NCBI GenBank assembly: GCA_963766715.1
Contig: CAVYBH010000001.1
Location: forward strand, 232,245 to 296,244
DNA length: 64,000 nucleotides
Reading direction: 5' to 3'
From: an uncultured delta proteobacterium
Lineage (GTDB): Bacteria; Myxococcota; Myxococcia; Myxococcales; Anaeromyxobacteraceae
A model generated the notes under the pieces. It made no database searches. It was not told the DNA's origin and worked only from the letters and a program-made list of their open reading frames with translations. Positions 13,539 through 26,928 of this stretch are shown here, in pieces; within the stretch, counting starts at the first letter, position 1; each line of letters opens with the position of its first letter. A program made the translations under genes and the position numbers.

Positions 13539-13682
13539 GGGCGCGAGGGGCTTGCAGGTTCAGGGCCACGGGCGGATCGAGCCGTGCAAGCGCCCTGGAG
13601 GGGCGAAATCGACACCCAGGCCGATGCAGCCTCGTTCTTCCCCGAGGTATCCGGTCGGCTGCTGGTAGACTCCCGGCCACTC

Positions 13683-14877
13683 ATGCGCTGCCGAATTCCT
13701 ACCTTTCTCGCCCGCCCGACATCCCGGACGAGGGCATCCGTGCGGTCGAGGAGCTCCTCCGCTCCGACTGGCCCACCACCGGAGCCCGCGCCCGCCAGTT
13801 CGAGGAGGAGTTCGCGGCCTACGTGGGGTCGACGGCCGCGCTCGCGGTGAGCTCCGGGACGGCGGCGATGCAGGTCTCGCTGGCGGCTTTCGGCGTCCGC
13901 GCCGGCGACCGGGTCGCCACCACGCCGCTGACCTTCTGCGCGACCGCCCACGTGATCGAGCACATGGGCGCGAGGCCCGTGTTCGTCGACGTGGACCCGG
14001 AGACGCTCGACATCTCCCCGGCCGAGCTCGAGCGGGCGCTCTCCGCGCGAGAAGTTCGCCGCGATCATGCCCGTGCACCTCTACGGGCACCCGTGCGACA
14101 TGGATCCCATCCTCGCGCTGGCGAGGAGCCACGGCTGCGTGGTCGTCGAGGACGCCGCCCATGCGTTCCCGGCCACCTACCGGGGCGGCCACGTGGGCTC
14201 GCTCGCCGAGCGGGCCGGCGTGCCGGGCTCCGCGTGCTTCTCCTTCTACGCCACGAAGAACATCACCACCGTCGAGGGCGGGATGGTCACCGGCGACGCC
14301 GACTTCATCGCCGAGGCGCGCCTCTGGAGCCTGCACGGCATCGATCGGGACACCTGGGCGCGGCAGCACGGCGGCAGCTCCTGGGGCTACGAGGTGGTGC
14401 GCCCCGGGATTCAAGTGCAACATGCCCGACATCTCGGCCGTCCTCGGGCTCGCGCAGCTCCAGCGCGTGCGTGCCATGCAGCGGCGCCGCCGGGAGATCG
14501 TCGCGCGGTACAACCAGGCCTTCGCCCAGGTGCCCGGGCTGCAGCTCCCCGCCAACCGGCCGGAGGTCGGGCACGCCTGGCAACTCTACGCGCTCCGCCT
14601 GGATCCGGCGGCCTTCCGCTGGGAAGCCGGGGACTGCCAGACGGGCTTCATCGAGGCCCTCAAGGACCGGAACATCGGGGCCTCGGTGCACTTCGTCCCG
14701 CTGCACCTGCAGCCCTACTACCGCGACCGCTACGGTCTCCGGCCCGAAGACTTCCCGGTCGCCGACCGGGAGTCGCGGCGCCTGGTCAGCCTTCCCCTCT
14801 TCACGCGGATGACCGACGTGGACGTCCAGGACGTCATCGAGGCCGTCGTCGACGTGGTGACCCGAAACCGCCGATGA
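13683..14877 (+). CDS. DegT/DnrJ/EryC1/StrS sugar aminotransferase (frameshifted)
   Basis: AVSSGTAA, PVFVDVD, MPVHLYGHPCDM, EDAAHA, FSFYATKNITTVEGGM, SLPLF. Confidence 0.92.
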
Positions 14878-14927
14878 ACCCCGACGAGCCGCGAGCCCCG
14901 AGCGAGTCGAGGACCCGAGGAGGTCGA

Positions 14928-15628
14928 ATGACCGAGACCGGAAAGGCGGCCCGGGAGGCCGAGCGGATCCGGCAGGTGTACGCCGAGTACGACGCCAGCC
15001 CGGACGCCCAGAGGCGATGGACCCCGCCCAGCCGGGCAACGCCGCGAACCGCGCCCGACTGAAGGACGGGCTGGCCGCCCTGCTGCCCGGCATCGCGGGG
15101 ATGGACGTGCTCGAGATCGGTTGCGGCCCCGGCGACGTCCTGGAGCTCATGAAGGAGATCGGCGCCCGGGAGGAGCGGCTCACCGGCGTCGACCTGCGAG
15201 AGGGTGCGATCCGCCAGGCAGCAGCGCGACTCCCGCGCGCCACGCTTCGCGTCGAGAACGCGGAGCGGCTCCCCTTCGCCGACGCGTCCTTCGACGCCGT
15301 GCTGCTCTTCACCGTGCTGAGCTCCGTCCTGAACGGCGAGTCCCAGGAAGCCATCGCCGCCGAGGCGGCGCGCGTGCTCCGTCCGGGGGGCGTCGTCGTC
15401 TGGTACGAGATGCGCCTGCCCAACCCCTGGAACCGGCACGTGCGCCCCGTCTCCCGGCGCGACGTGGCCAGGCTCTTCCCGGGCCTGGAGCCCGACCTGA
15501 GCGGCGCGACGCTCGTCCCCCAGCTGGCCCGGATGCTGGGACCGCTGACCGGCGCGATGTTCCCGCTGCTCCACGCGTTCCCCGTGCTCCGCTCCCACTG
15601 GCTGGGGCTGCTCCGGAAGCGTGCGTGA
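14928..15628 (+). CDS. Class I SAM-dependent methyltransferase (frameshift near 15020)
   Basis: VLEIGCGPG, GVDL, LPFADASFDAV, RVLRPGG. Confidence 0.87.
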
Positions 15629-16203
15629 CGCGCCTGCTCGACATCGTCGGCGCCGCGCTCCTCCTGCTCCTCTTCTCTCCCGTCCTCCTGGTGGCAGGGA
15701 TCCTCGTCGCATGGGATTCGCCGGGCGGCGTCCTCTTCGGGCAGGAGCGGATCGGGCAGGGGATGAGGCCGTTTCGCATCCACAAGCTGCGAACCATGTC
15801 GGTGGCGCCCGGCGTTCCGGACTTCGACCTCACGTCCACGCGGATCACGCGCGTGGGTCGCTGGCTGCGGCGCTGGAAGCTGGACGAGCTGCCGCAGCTC
15901 TGGAACGTGCTCGTGGGAGAGATGAGCTTCGTCGGCCCGCGTCCCGAGCTTCGCCGCTACGTGGAGCTCTTCCGGAGCGACTACGAGGTGCTCCTCCGGC
16001 GCCGCCCGGGCCTGACCGACCCGGCGTCGATCGCGTACCGCCACGAGGCCGAGATGCTGGCCCGGGACCCGGACCCCGAGGCGGCCTACGTGGGGAGGAT
16101 CCTTCCCGACAAGCTGCGGCTTTCCCGGGAGTACGCCGGGAGCCGGACGCTGCTCACCGACCTCGGCGTCGTCCTTCGGACCGTCGGCTCCCTGTTCGGC
16201 TGA
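15625..16203 (+). CDS. Small monotopic phosphoglycosyl transferase (bacterial sugar transferase, PglC-like)
   Basis: RLLDIV, KLRTM, RWKLDELPQLWNVLVGEMSFVGPRPE, RPGLT. Confidence 0.92.
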   Translation: MTRLLDIVGAALLLLLFSPVLLVAGILVAWDSPGGVLFGQERIGQGMRPFRIHKLRTMSVAPGVPDFDLTSTRITRVGRWLRRWKLDELPQLWNVLVGEMSFVGPRPELRRYVELFRSDYEVLLRRRPGLTDPASIAYRHEAEMLARDPDPEAAYVGRILPDKLRLSREYAGSRTLLTDLGVVLRTVGSLFG

Positions 16204-16253
16204 AGCGCCCCCGAGCGCCCGGTACCGCCGGCGCGCGGCCGCCGCGCTCCCAG

Positions 16254-18298
<2,045 letters not shown>

Positions 18299-18367
18299 CG
18301 AGCGACCGCGAGCCCCGCCCCCGCGGGAATGGACTCCGGGCGGCGATCCGCGCTAGTCACTCCCTCC

Positions 18368-19258
18368 ATGCCATCCGCACGGAAGGGGATCATCCTGGCC
18401 GGGGGGTCGGGAACGCGGCTCTACCCGGCCACGCTGTCGGTCTCGAAGCAGCTGCTCCCCATCTACGACAAGCCGATGATCTACTACCCGATGTCGGCCC
18501 TCATGCTGGCCGGCATCCGGGAGATCCTGGTCATCTCCACGCCCCAGGACACCCCGCGCTTCGCGCAGCTCCTCGGCGACGGCAGCGCCTGGGGCATGCG
18601 CATCGCGTACACGGTCCAGCCCAGCCCGGACGGGCTCGCCCAGGCCTTCATCCTGGGGGCCGACTTCGTCCGCGGCGGGCCGTCGGCGCTCGTGCTCGGC
18701 GACAACATCTTCTACGGCCACGACTTCCACCAGCTGCTCCAGGGCGCCGACGCGCGGAAGGAAGGGGCGACCGTCTTCGCCTACGCCGTCACCGACCCGG
18801 AGCGCTACGGCGTGGTCGAGTTCGACGCCAGGAAGCGGGCCATCTCCATCGAGGAGAAGCCCCAGAAGCCCAAGTCGCGCTACGCCGTCACCGGCCTCTA
18901 CTTCTACGACGAGCAGGTGGTCGACTACGCACGCAGCGTGAAGCCGTCGGCCCGCGGCGAGCTGGAGATCACCGACCTCAACCGCATCTACCTCGAGGCC
19001 GGCACGCTCGACGTGGAGATCATGGGGCGCGGCTACGCCTGGCTCGACACCGGCACGCACGAGTCGCTGCTCGAGGCCGGCCAGTTCATCTCCACCATCG
19101 AGAAGCGGCAGGGGCTCAAGGTGGCCTGCCCGGAGGAGGTGGCCTGGCGCCAGGGCTGGATCGACGACGCCCAGCTCGCCGCCTGCGCGAAGGCGCTCGG
19201 CAAGTCGAGCTACGGCCAGTACCTGCGCGGCCTGCTCGAGCAGAAGGTCTTCACGTGA
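18368..19258 (+). CDS. rfbA: Glucose-1-phosphate thymidylyltransferase
   Basis: [36 protein letters not shown]. Confidence 0.97.
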   Translation: MPSARKGIILAGGSGTRLYPATLSVSKQLLPIYDKPMIYYPMSALMLAGIREILVISTPQDTPRFAQLLGDGSAWGMRIAYTVQPSPDGLAQAFILGADFVRGGPSALVLGDNIFYGHDFHQLLQGADARKEGATVFAYAVTDPERYGVVEFDARKRAISIEEKPQKPKSRYAVTGLYFYDEQVVDYARSVKPSARGELEITDLNRIYLEAGTLDVEIMGRGYAWLDTGTHESLLEAGQFISTIEKRQGLKVACPEEVAWRQGWIDDAQLAACAKALGKSSYGQYLRGLLEQKVFT

Positions 19259-19822
19259 AGATCACCCCCACCTCGATCCCGGACGTCGTGGTGATCGAGC
19301 CGCAGGTCTTCGGCGACGCGCGCGGCTTCTTCTTCGAGAGCTTCAACCAGAAGAAGCTGGAGGCGGCGCTGGGGCGCCCCATGGGCTTCGTGCAGGACAA
19401 CCACAGCCGCTCGGCCCGCGGCGTGCTGCGCGGGCTGCACTACCAGCTGCCCTTCCCGCAGGGGAAGCTGGTGCGGGTGATCCAGGGCGAGATCCTGGAC
19501 GTGGCCGTGGACATCCGGCGCGGGTCCCCCACCTTCGGGAAGTGGGAGAGCGACGTCCTCACCGCCGAGAACAAGCGGCAGCTCTGGGTGCCGGAAGGCT
19601 TCGCCCACGGCTTCCTGGTGCTCTCGGAGGTGGCCGAGGTGCTCTACAAGACCACCGGCTACTACCACCCGGAGCACGAGCAGTGCATCCGCTGGGACGA
19701 CCCCGCCATCGGGATCGCCTGGCCGCTCTCCGGCGCGCACGCCGAGGCTCTCGGCGAAGGACGCGGCGGGGAAGCCGCTCTCGGAAGCCCGCGTCTTCGA
19801 ACAGGGGGATCTCTCGCGATGA
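19255..19822 (+). CDS. rfbC: dTDP-4-dehydrorhamnose 3,5-epimerase (frameshift near 19740)
   Basis: [30 protein letters not shown]; corrected end PRLSAKD...LSR*. Confidence 0.95.
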
Positions 19823-20829
19823 ACGTGCTCCTCACCGGCGGTAGCGGCTTCATCGGCTCCAACCTGGTCCGGCTGCTGCTGGCCGAGCGCCCCGACTGGC
19901 GCATCGTCAACCTCGACAAGCTCACCTACGCCGGCAACGCCGAGAACCTGGCCGACCTGGCCGGCAACCCGCGCTACCGGTTCGTGCGCGGCGACATCTG
20001 CAACGGCGAGCTCATCGCCGACGTCTTCCGCACCGAGAAGATCGAGGCGGTGATGCACCTGGCCGCCGAGAGCCACGTCGACCGCTCGATCCTGGCGCCG
20101 TCCATCTTCATCGAGACCAACGTGCGCGGCACCCAGGTGCTCCTCGAGGCCGCCCGCGAGTTCGGCGTGAAGCGCTTCCTGCACGTCTCCACCGACGAGG
20201 TCTACGGCTCGCTCGGCCCCACCGGCCTCTTCACCGAGAAGACCCCGCTCGACCCGTCGTCGCCGTACTCGGCGTCGAAGGCCTCCTCCGACCTGCTGGC
20301 GCTGGCCTACGCGCACACCTTCCACCTCCCGGTGGTGGTGACCCGCTGCTCCAACAACTACGGCCCGTTCCAGTTCCCGGAGAAGCTCATCCCGCTCATG
20401 ATCGCGAACGCCATCCGCGACCTGCCGCTGCCGGTGTACGGCGACGGGATGAACGTGCGCGACTGGATCCACGTCGAGGACCACGGCCGCGGGCTGCTCG
20501 CCGCGCTGGAGAAGGGGAAGGACGGCGAGGTCTACAACTTCGGCGCCTCCTCGGAGCGGCACAACATCGACATCGTGAAGCAGGTGCTGCGGCTGGTGGG
20601 CAAGCCCGAGTCGCTCATCCAGTACGTGAAGGACCGGCTCGGCCACGATCGCCGCTACGCCATCGACTCGACGAAGGCCCAGGAGAAGCTCTCCTGGGCG
20701 CCGCGCCACAAGTTCGAGGACGCGCTCGCCGCCACGGTGCGCTGGTACGTGGAGCACCGCCCCTGGTGGGAGCGGATCATCTCGGGCGAGTACCTCAAGT
20801 ACTACGAGAAGCAGTACGGAGGCCGGTAG
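19819..20829 (+). CDS. rfbB: dTDP-glucose 4,6-dehydratase
   Basis: TGGSGFIGSN, DKLTYAGN, AAESHVDRSI, STDEVYG, PYSASKA. Confidence 0.97.
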   Translation: MNVLLTGGSGFIGSNLVRLLLAERPDWRIVNLDKLTYAGNAENLADLAGNPRYRFVRGDICNGELIADVFRTEKIEAVMHLAAESHVDRSILAPSIFIETNVRGTQVLLEAAREFGVKRFLHVSTDEVYGSLGPTGLFTEKTPLDPSSPYSASKASSDLLALAYAHTFHLPVVVTRCSNNYGPFQFPEKLIPLMIANAIRDLPLPVYGDGMNVRDWIHVEDHGRGLLAALEKGKDGEVYNFGASSERHNIDIVKQVLRLVGKPESLIQYVKDRLGHDRRYAIDSTKAQEKLSWAPRHKFEDALAATVRWYVEHRPWWERIISGEYLKYYEKQYGGR

Positions 20830-21728
20830 TGAAGGTCGCGGTCACGGGCGCGAACGGGATGCTGGGCGGCGAGGCGGTGGCCCAGCTGGCCGGCCGCCAC
20901 GAGGTGCTGGCGCTGGGGCTCGGCCCCGGACGCCCGCCCGAGGGGACCTACCACTGGGTGGAGGCCGACCTCGGGGACGGACGCTCGGTGGAGGCGGCGC
21001 TCCTCGAGTTCGGCGCGCAGGCGGTGCTCCACGCCGGCGCGGTGACCGACGTGGACGGCTGCGAGAAGGAGCCGGACGCGGCCTGGCGGGTCAACACCGG
21101 CGGCACGCAGCAAGTGGCTCGCGCCTGCCGCGCGCTCGGCGCCCGGCTGGTGGCGGTCTCCACCGACTACGTCTTCGACGGCGCGTGCGGCCCGTACGGC
21201 GAGGACGACCTCCCGAACCCCCGCGGCGTCTACGCCCAGAGCAAGCTGGCCGGGGAGTGGGCCGCGCTCTCCATCGCCCCCGACAGCGCGGTGGCCCGGG
21301 TGGCGGTGGTCTACAGCGGGCGGTCCACGGCGCGTCCGACCTTCGCCACCCAGGTGGTCGACAAGCTCCGCCGCGGCGAGGTCGTGAAGGCCTTCGACGA
21401 CCAGTTCACCTCCACGACGCTGGCGGCGAGCGGCGCGGCCATGTGCCTGGAGCTGCTCCTCGAGCACGCCTACCGGGGCGTGCTCCACGTGAGCGACGAG
21501 ACGGTGCTCGACCGGGTGGAGTTCGCCCGGAAGGTGGCGGCCCGCTTCGGCCTCCAGGGCGAGATCGTCCCGGTGAAGACCGCCGACGTGAAGCTGCTCG
21601 CCCCCCGGCCGTTGCGGGGTGGACTGCGGGTGGACCGGGCCGCCGCGATGCTCCGGAACAAGCCCCTGGCGGTCGACGCCGCCCTGGACCGGTTCCACGA
21701 GGAGTGGACGCGACGCAACCCCCCGTGA
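20829..21728 (+). CDS. rfbD: dTDP-4-dehydrorhamnose reductase
   Basis: TGANGMLG, TDVDGCE, STDYVFDG, YAQSKLAGE. Confidence 0.9.
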   Translation: MKVAVTGANGMLGGEAVAQLAGRHEVLALGLGPGRPPEGTYHWVEADLGDGRSVEAALLEFGAQAVLHAGAVTDVDGCEKEPDAAWRVNTGGTQQVARACRALGARLVAVSTDYVFDGACGPYGEDDLPNPRGVYAQSKLAGEWAALSIAPDSAVARVAVVYSGRSTARPTFATQVVDKLRRGEVVKAFDDQFTSTTLAASGAAMCLELLLEHAYRGVLHVSDETVLDRVEFARKVAARFGLQGEIVPVKTADVKLLAPRPLRGGLRVDRAAAMLRNKPLAVDAALDRFHEEWTRRNPP

Positions 21729-21745
21729 CGTGGTAGGAAAAGCGG

Positions 21746-23511
21746 ATGCTGCGCTCGCCACGACTCCCGTTCACGCGGGCCCTCGCCCTCTTCCTCTGCG
21801 CCCAGCCCGTCCTCTGGATGAGCAACGTGGCGCTCGCGCAGACGCTCGATCAGCAGGCAGGCGGCGCAGCAGGCCGAGCAGCAGCGTGCGGCAGGGGCAG
21901 CAGGTCCAGCCGCTGCCGGGCGAGCCGCAGCAGCCACGGGCCCGCTGGCGCCGGGCAGCCGGGGCTCCGGGCTGCCAGGAGGCGGGCGCATTCCCCGCAG
22001 GGCCGCCGGGCACCCCGGCGCCCTTCTCGGCCACGCCGGGCGAGGCGGAGGGCGCCCGCGCCGACCGCCAGGCCGCCCCGTCCTGCACGGGCGACGCCGG
22101 TGGACGAGCCGCTCGACCCCGACCGCTACGTGCTCGGGTCCGGGCGACGTGCTGGAGCTCCACTTCTGGGGCGTCGAGAACTTCCGGTTCCGCGTGACGG
22201 TCGACCTGGAGGGGCGCGCCTTCGTGCCCAAGGTCGGCTACCTCGTCGCTGCGCGGGAAGACGCTCACCGAGGCGCAGGGCATGCTGGAGAAGGCCGTGG
22301 CCCGCTTCTATCCCGAAGCTGGGCTTCGGGGTGAACCTGGCCGAGCCGCGCACCTTCCTCGTGCAGGTGGTCGACGACGTGGTCCGCCCGGGCCGCAGCA
22401 GGCCAAGGCCCTCGACCGCGTGGCCACGGTGATCCGCCGGGCCGGCGGGCTGGGGCCCAACGCCTCGCAGCGGCGCATCGAGGTGAAGCGGCGCGACGGG
22501 ACGGTGCTCACCGCCGACCTGCTCCTCTACGCCCTCACCGGCGACGTGAAGCACAACCCGTACGTCCTCGACGGCGACGTGTCCGCGTGCCGTTCCAGAC
22601 GGTCGTCGCGACCATCTGCCGGCGCCGTGAACCGGCCGGGCAGCTACGAGCTGGTCGGCACCGCCGACCTCGCGGAGCTGGTGAGCCTGGCCGGCGGGCT
22701 CTCCCCGGGCGCCACCCGCGACCTGCCCGTCACGGTCGTCCGGCGGGTCCGGGAGGGCAAGCTCTCGCGGTCCACGTACGACTTCGCCGCCGACGGGCAG
22801 CTCCCGCCGGTCGCCGCTCTCGAGCGAGGACAGCGTCTGGGTGCCGTCCTTCTCCGAGCTGCAGCAGTCGGTCACCATCACCGGCGCGCTCGCCGGCGTC
22901 GGCCGCCAGCGGCACCGCGGGACGACACGACGGCACCGGGACCGCGGCCGCCGGACGCGGGACGGTGGCCCGCGACGAGGCCGCGGCGACGCGCCGGCTC
23001 GCCTTCGCGCAGGGCGACACGGTCCGCTCGATCCTGGAGCGGGCCGGGGGCCCCGGGCCGCTCGCCGACCTCAAGGGCTCCTACATCCTCCGCGACATGC
23101 GTGGCCGTGCCCGTCGACCTCTACGCGGTGGTGATGCTCCGCGACCTCAGCGCCGACCGCCCGGTCGAGCTCGGCGACACCATCGTCGTGCCCTTCCGCC
23201 GGCAGAGCGTGCTGGTCGAGGGCGCCGTCTTCAGGCCCGGCCCCTATCCCTACAACCCGACTACGGCGTGGAGCAGTACGTGGCGCTGGCCGGCGGCCTG
23301 AACCGCTTCGCGCAGGCGATGGACGACGTCTACGTGGTCACGCCGAACGGCGAGATGAAGGAGTTCGCCCCGGATCTGAAGATCGATCCCGGCGCGTCGC
23401 TGGTCGTGCCCGAGCGCAACTTCTCCCGCAGCGAGGTCGTGTCCCTCATCCTGGCCGGGCGCCGGGCTGCTCCTCAGCGCGGCCACCATCTTCATCTCCC
23501 TGCGCAAATGA
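21746..23511 (+). CDS. SLBB-domain polysaccharide export (OPX, KpsD/Wza-like) protein, heavily frameshifted
   Basis: Signal peptide; YVLGxGDVLELHFWG, VDLEGRAFVPKVG, GAVNRPGSYEL, VLVEGAVFRPG, IDPGASLVVPE. Confidence 0.8.
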
Positions 23512-24635
23512 CCAGGACCTTCCGTACACCTCGATCTCCCCTTCCTGCGGCGACGCGAGGTGCAGGTGCGCGTCGCCGTCACGTCGTCTTCGCGCTGGCG
23601 GGCTTCGTCTACGGCGCGTTCGCGCCAAGAGTACCGGCCGACGCTGACCGTCGTGCCGGTCGGCGCCCAGAAGCTGGGCATCGCCAGCCTGCTCGGGGCG
23701 GAGATCGGCGGGATCGCCGCCGGATGGCGGCCTCGGCGGCGGGCGCCGACGCCGCGCGCATCGTGGCCGTCCTCCAGAGCACCTCGGTGACCGACGCGGC
23801 CATCGAGAAGTACGACCTCAAGAAGCGCTCCGGCCAGGAGGTCCGGGAGCGGCGCGCGAAGGGTTCTGGCGCCGCTGCAGCGTGAAGATCCTCCCCAAGC
23901 CCAACCTGGTCCAGGTGTCCTGCGAGGACGGGGATCCGGCGTTCGCCCAGCGATGCTGGTCACGCCTGGCCGAGCACGGGAACCAGTCTTCCGCCGCGTG
24001 AGCCGGCGCCTCCGAGGAGAGGTGCGCTTCCTCGAGCGGCGCGGCCGAGCTCCGCCAGCAGGCCGACGAGGGGCGGCCCGAAGATGAGGGAGTTCCAGGA
24101 GACCCACCGGATCGTCGACCTGGACGCCCAGGCCCGGGCGGTCGTTCGCAGGTGGCCGCCCTCACGGCCAGCGCATCGCAAGCAGATGGAGCTCGACTAC
24201 GCGCGGACCTACGCGTCCCCGGACGAGCCCACCACGAGGCAGCTCGAGTCGCAGCTGTCGGTGATGGACGAGAAGCTCCGCGACCTGGAGGAGCCCGCCG
24301 CGCAAAGGCCGGGCTCCCGGGCCGCGGCGGGGCGGGCCCGGGGCGACCGGCGCGGGATGTTCCCGGCCGCCCTCGCGGTGCCCAGGCTCCGCGCCGAGTA
24401 CGAGAAGCTCTACCGGGACCGGAAGGTGGCCGAGGCCACGCTGGTCTACGCCCTCGAGCGGCTCGAGGGCGCCCGGGCCACCGAGGCGCGGGACGTCTCC
24501 ACCTTCCAGGTGCTCGACCCCCCCACGCTGCCGGAGCGCCATTCGTCGCCGCAGCGCGGGCTGCTCGTCATTCAGCTGGCGATGCTGGGTTTCGTCGGCG
24601 GAATCGCTTTCGAGTGGTTCCGGCGTCGCAAGTGA
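23508..24635 (+). CDS. Polysaccharide co-polymerase (Wzz/GumC-like), frameshifted
   Basis: N-terminal TM, coiled-coil MREFQETHRIVDLDAQA, FQVLDPPTLPERHSSPQRG followed by C-terminal TM. Confidence 0.78.
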
Positions 24636-24739
24636 CGGAAAGCGGTCCCGGAAGGCGCGCCGGACGAGCGACGGGACCGGCGCCCGATGGCGGCTCGCGG
24701 CGTCGAAGTCATGAGCACGTTCGGACGGGGAGATCACCA

Positions 24740-25447
24740 ATGCTCGCAAGGCTGAGGAACCGTCTTCGGCAGCGCCTGAATAATCAATCGGCCCGTGACG
24801 TTTTCGTTCACGAGCAGATCTCCCGGCTCCCGGCCGGAACCAAGCTGCTGGATGCCGGGTGCGGGAGCCAGCGCTACCGCGCCAGGTGCGCCCATCTCGA
24901 CTACCGCGCCCAGGATTTTGGCGGGTACGTGCGGGACGACAAGCCGATGATCGGAGCAGCCGCCGAGGGTGATTATCCGTACGGCCCGCTCGACTACGTC
25001 GGGAACATCTGGGCCGTCGACGAGCGCGACGCGACGTTCGATGCCGTGCTGTGCACCGAGGTCTTCGAGCACATCCCGTATCCGGCGGAGACGTTGAGAG
25101 AATTCCGTCGTCTGCTCAAGCCCGGCGGGGTGCTGATTCTCACGGCGCCGAGCAACTGCCTGCGGCACTTCGACCCCTTCTTCTTCTTCAGTGGCTTCAG
25201 CGATCGGTGGTTCGAGCGGTTCCTTCCTGAAGCCGGCTTCACGGTCGAGAGCCTCGAGCCAGTCGGTGACTATTACAGCTGGATGGCGGTGGAACTGGCG
25301 CGGACCGCCGCCACACACTCCCTCGCGGCAAAACTGGCGGTGCTCCCCGGATTCCTCTACTACGCCGCGAAGGGAAGGACCGACGTGTCCGTCAACTCGC
25401 TCTGCATGGGTTACCACGTCGTCGCACGTGGCACGGGCGGTGCGTGA
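24740..25447 (+). CDS. Class I SAM-dependent methyltransferase
   Basis: LLDAGCGSQ, FDAVLCTEVFEHIP, LLKPGGVLILTAP. Confidence 0.88.
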   Translation: MLARLRNRLRQRLNNQSARDVFVHEQISRLPAGTKLLDAGCGSQRYRARCAHLDYRAQDFGGYVRDDKPMIGAAAEGDYPYGPLDYVGNIWAVDERDATFDAVLCTEVFEHIPYPAETLREFRRLLKPGGVLILTAPSNCLRHFDPFFFFSGFSDRWFERFLPEAGFTVESLEPVGDYYSWMAVELARTAATHSLAAKLAVLPGFLYYAAKGRTDVSVNSLCMGYHVVARGTGGA

Positions 25448-25472
25448 CAGCGAGCACTCGAGCCGGTCACCC

Positions 25473-25510
25473 AGGCGGACCCGCCAGGCGTCGCGCCCCG
25501 CGCGACCTGG
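25473..25510. terminator. GC-rich hairpin between convergent genes
   Basis: ccagg(cg)tcgcgc-ccc-gcgcgacctgg stem; no U-tract. Confidence 0.3.
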
Positions 25511-25554
25511 TGCACGGGCATGCGGTCGACGGTCGGGCGCCGCAATGCTGTCGC

Positions 25555-26846
25555 TCATGGAGAGCGAAGCGGCACGAGGCCAGGTCGCCTGGAAAGCGCG
25601 GCCATCCAGGCCAGGTACACCGCGGCGGCGATTCCAGCCGCGGCGACGAGGCCCGTCGTCCCTAGCCAGTAGGCCCCGCCGACGTTCAGCAGGACTCCCA
25701 GGAGTGCCGTGATGACCTTCGGCGCGATCAAGGCCCTGGTCTTCATCTGGCTCATCAGGCTGAGCGACATCGCCTGGCCCGCAGCGAATGCCCCTCCGGC
25801 GAGCATCATCCAGGGCAAGAGGTGGGACACGGATCGGTATCTCGGCGCGACGAGCAGGCGGAACACCTGCGCATGAAAGAGGAGCGCAAGGCATACGGCC
25901 ACGGCGGTGGTGCCCAGGGCGAGCCCACTCATCTGCCAGCTCAGCCTGTGGACGTTGGTCGTACGGTCGACGTCCGTGCCATCTCCCGCCCTCTGGAAGA
26001 AGATGGGGGCCAGGAACTGGGTCGCCATCCCGGTGGCGAGAGAGATGGGGTAGTACCCCAGCTGGTAGAGCACAGCGAAGCGTCCCACCTCTTCCGCGTT
26101 CGAGAAGGCCTCCAGCGCCCAGCGATCGGAGGCCAACTGCAGCCACGTGAAGAGCCCCCACGCGGCAAACGGCCAAGAATACCGGAAGATTCCCATTGCC
26201 ATCGTTCCTCGTCGCTCCGCGAGGACCGGGGCCGAGGGACGATTCGCCTGAAGAAGACGAACTGGGACGCAAGCACGGGGACGACTCCCAGTGCGTAACC
26301 CACCATCGCCGTGGTGCTGGCGCCCCCGACGAACGTGACCAGTGCCGCCGCGAGCAGGAACCGGGCCCAGGGCTCGACCGCCTGATGCAGGGCCACGATG
26401 GAACGCTGGCGGGCAGCCATCTGGACGCTGCTGAGGACCGAGTTGCTGCCGCTGACGAGCGCGAAGAGAAAGGCCGCGGCGGCGAGTCCCGTCCACCCGG
26501 ATCGCCCGGCGGCATGCAGGCATACGACGGTGCCAAGGATTGCCAGGGCGATGAGGCCGGTCTCCCACATCATCAGGCGCCGGACCCCACCGAGATAGCT
26601 ACCGAGTTGCCCCTTCTCCACTGCGGGCGCGTAGAAGCGCGCGACCCCGTTGCTCAGCGGTCCGACCAGTGTCTGGCCCACGAGCGCGGGAATCGTCAAG
26701 GCCAGAGCAAGTTCACCGTAAGCGGATGGCTCGAGGAGCGTCGTCATGAGGCGGACACCGACGAACGAGCCCACCACGACCGCGACCTGGCTGGAAACAA
26801 TCCACAGGGCCTCCCTAGAGAGGCGACGGAAGCGTTCCGATCTCAT
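25555..26846 (-). CDS. wzx: Wzx-type oligosaccharide flippase (frameshift near 26200)
   Basis: Multi-TM; LMTTLLEPSAYGELAL, YSWPF...SDRWAL...EEVGRFAV. Confidence 0.85.
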
Positions 26847-26928
26847 GACAGGGGGTGAGGGCTCATGGGGAAGGCCGTGGCGACACTACCATTCCAGGTG
26901 GTAGGGTGCGTGCGTCGAGACCCAGTTC

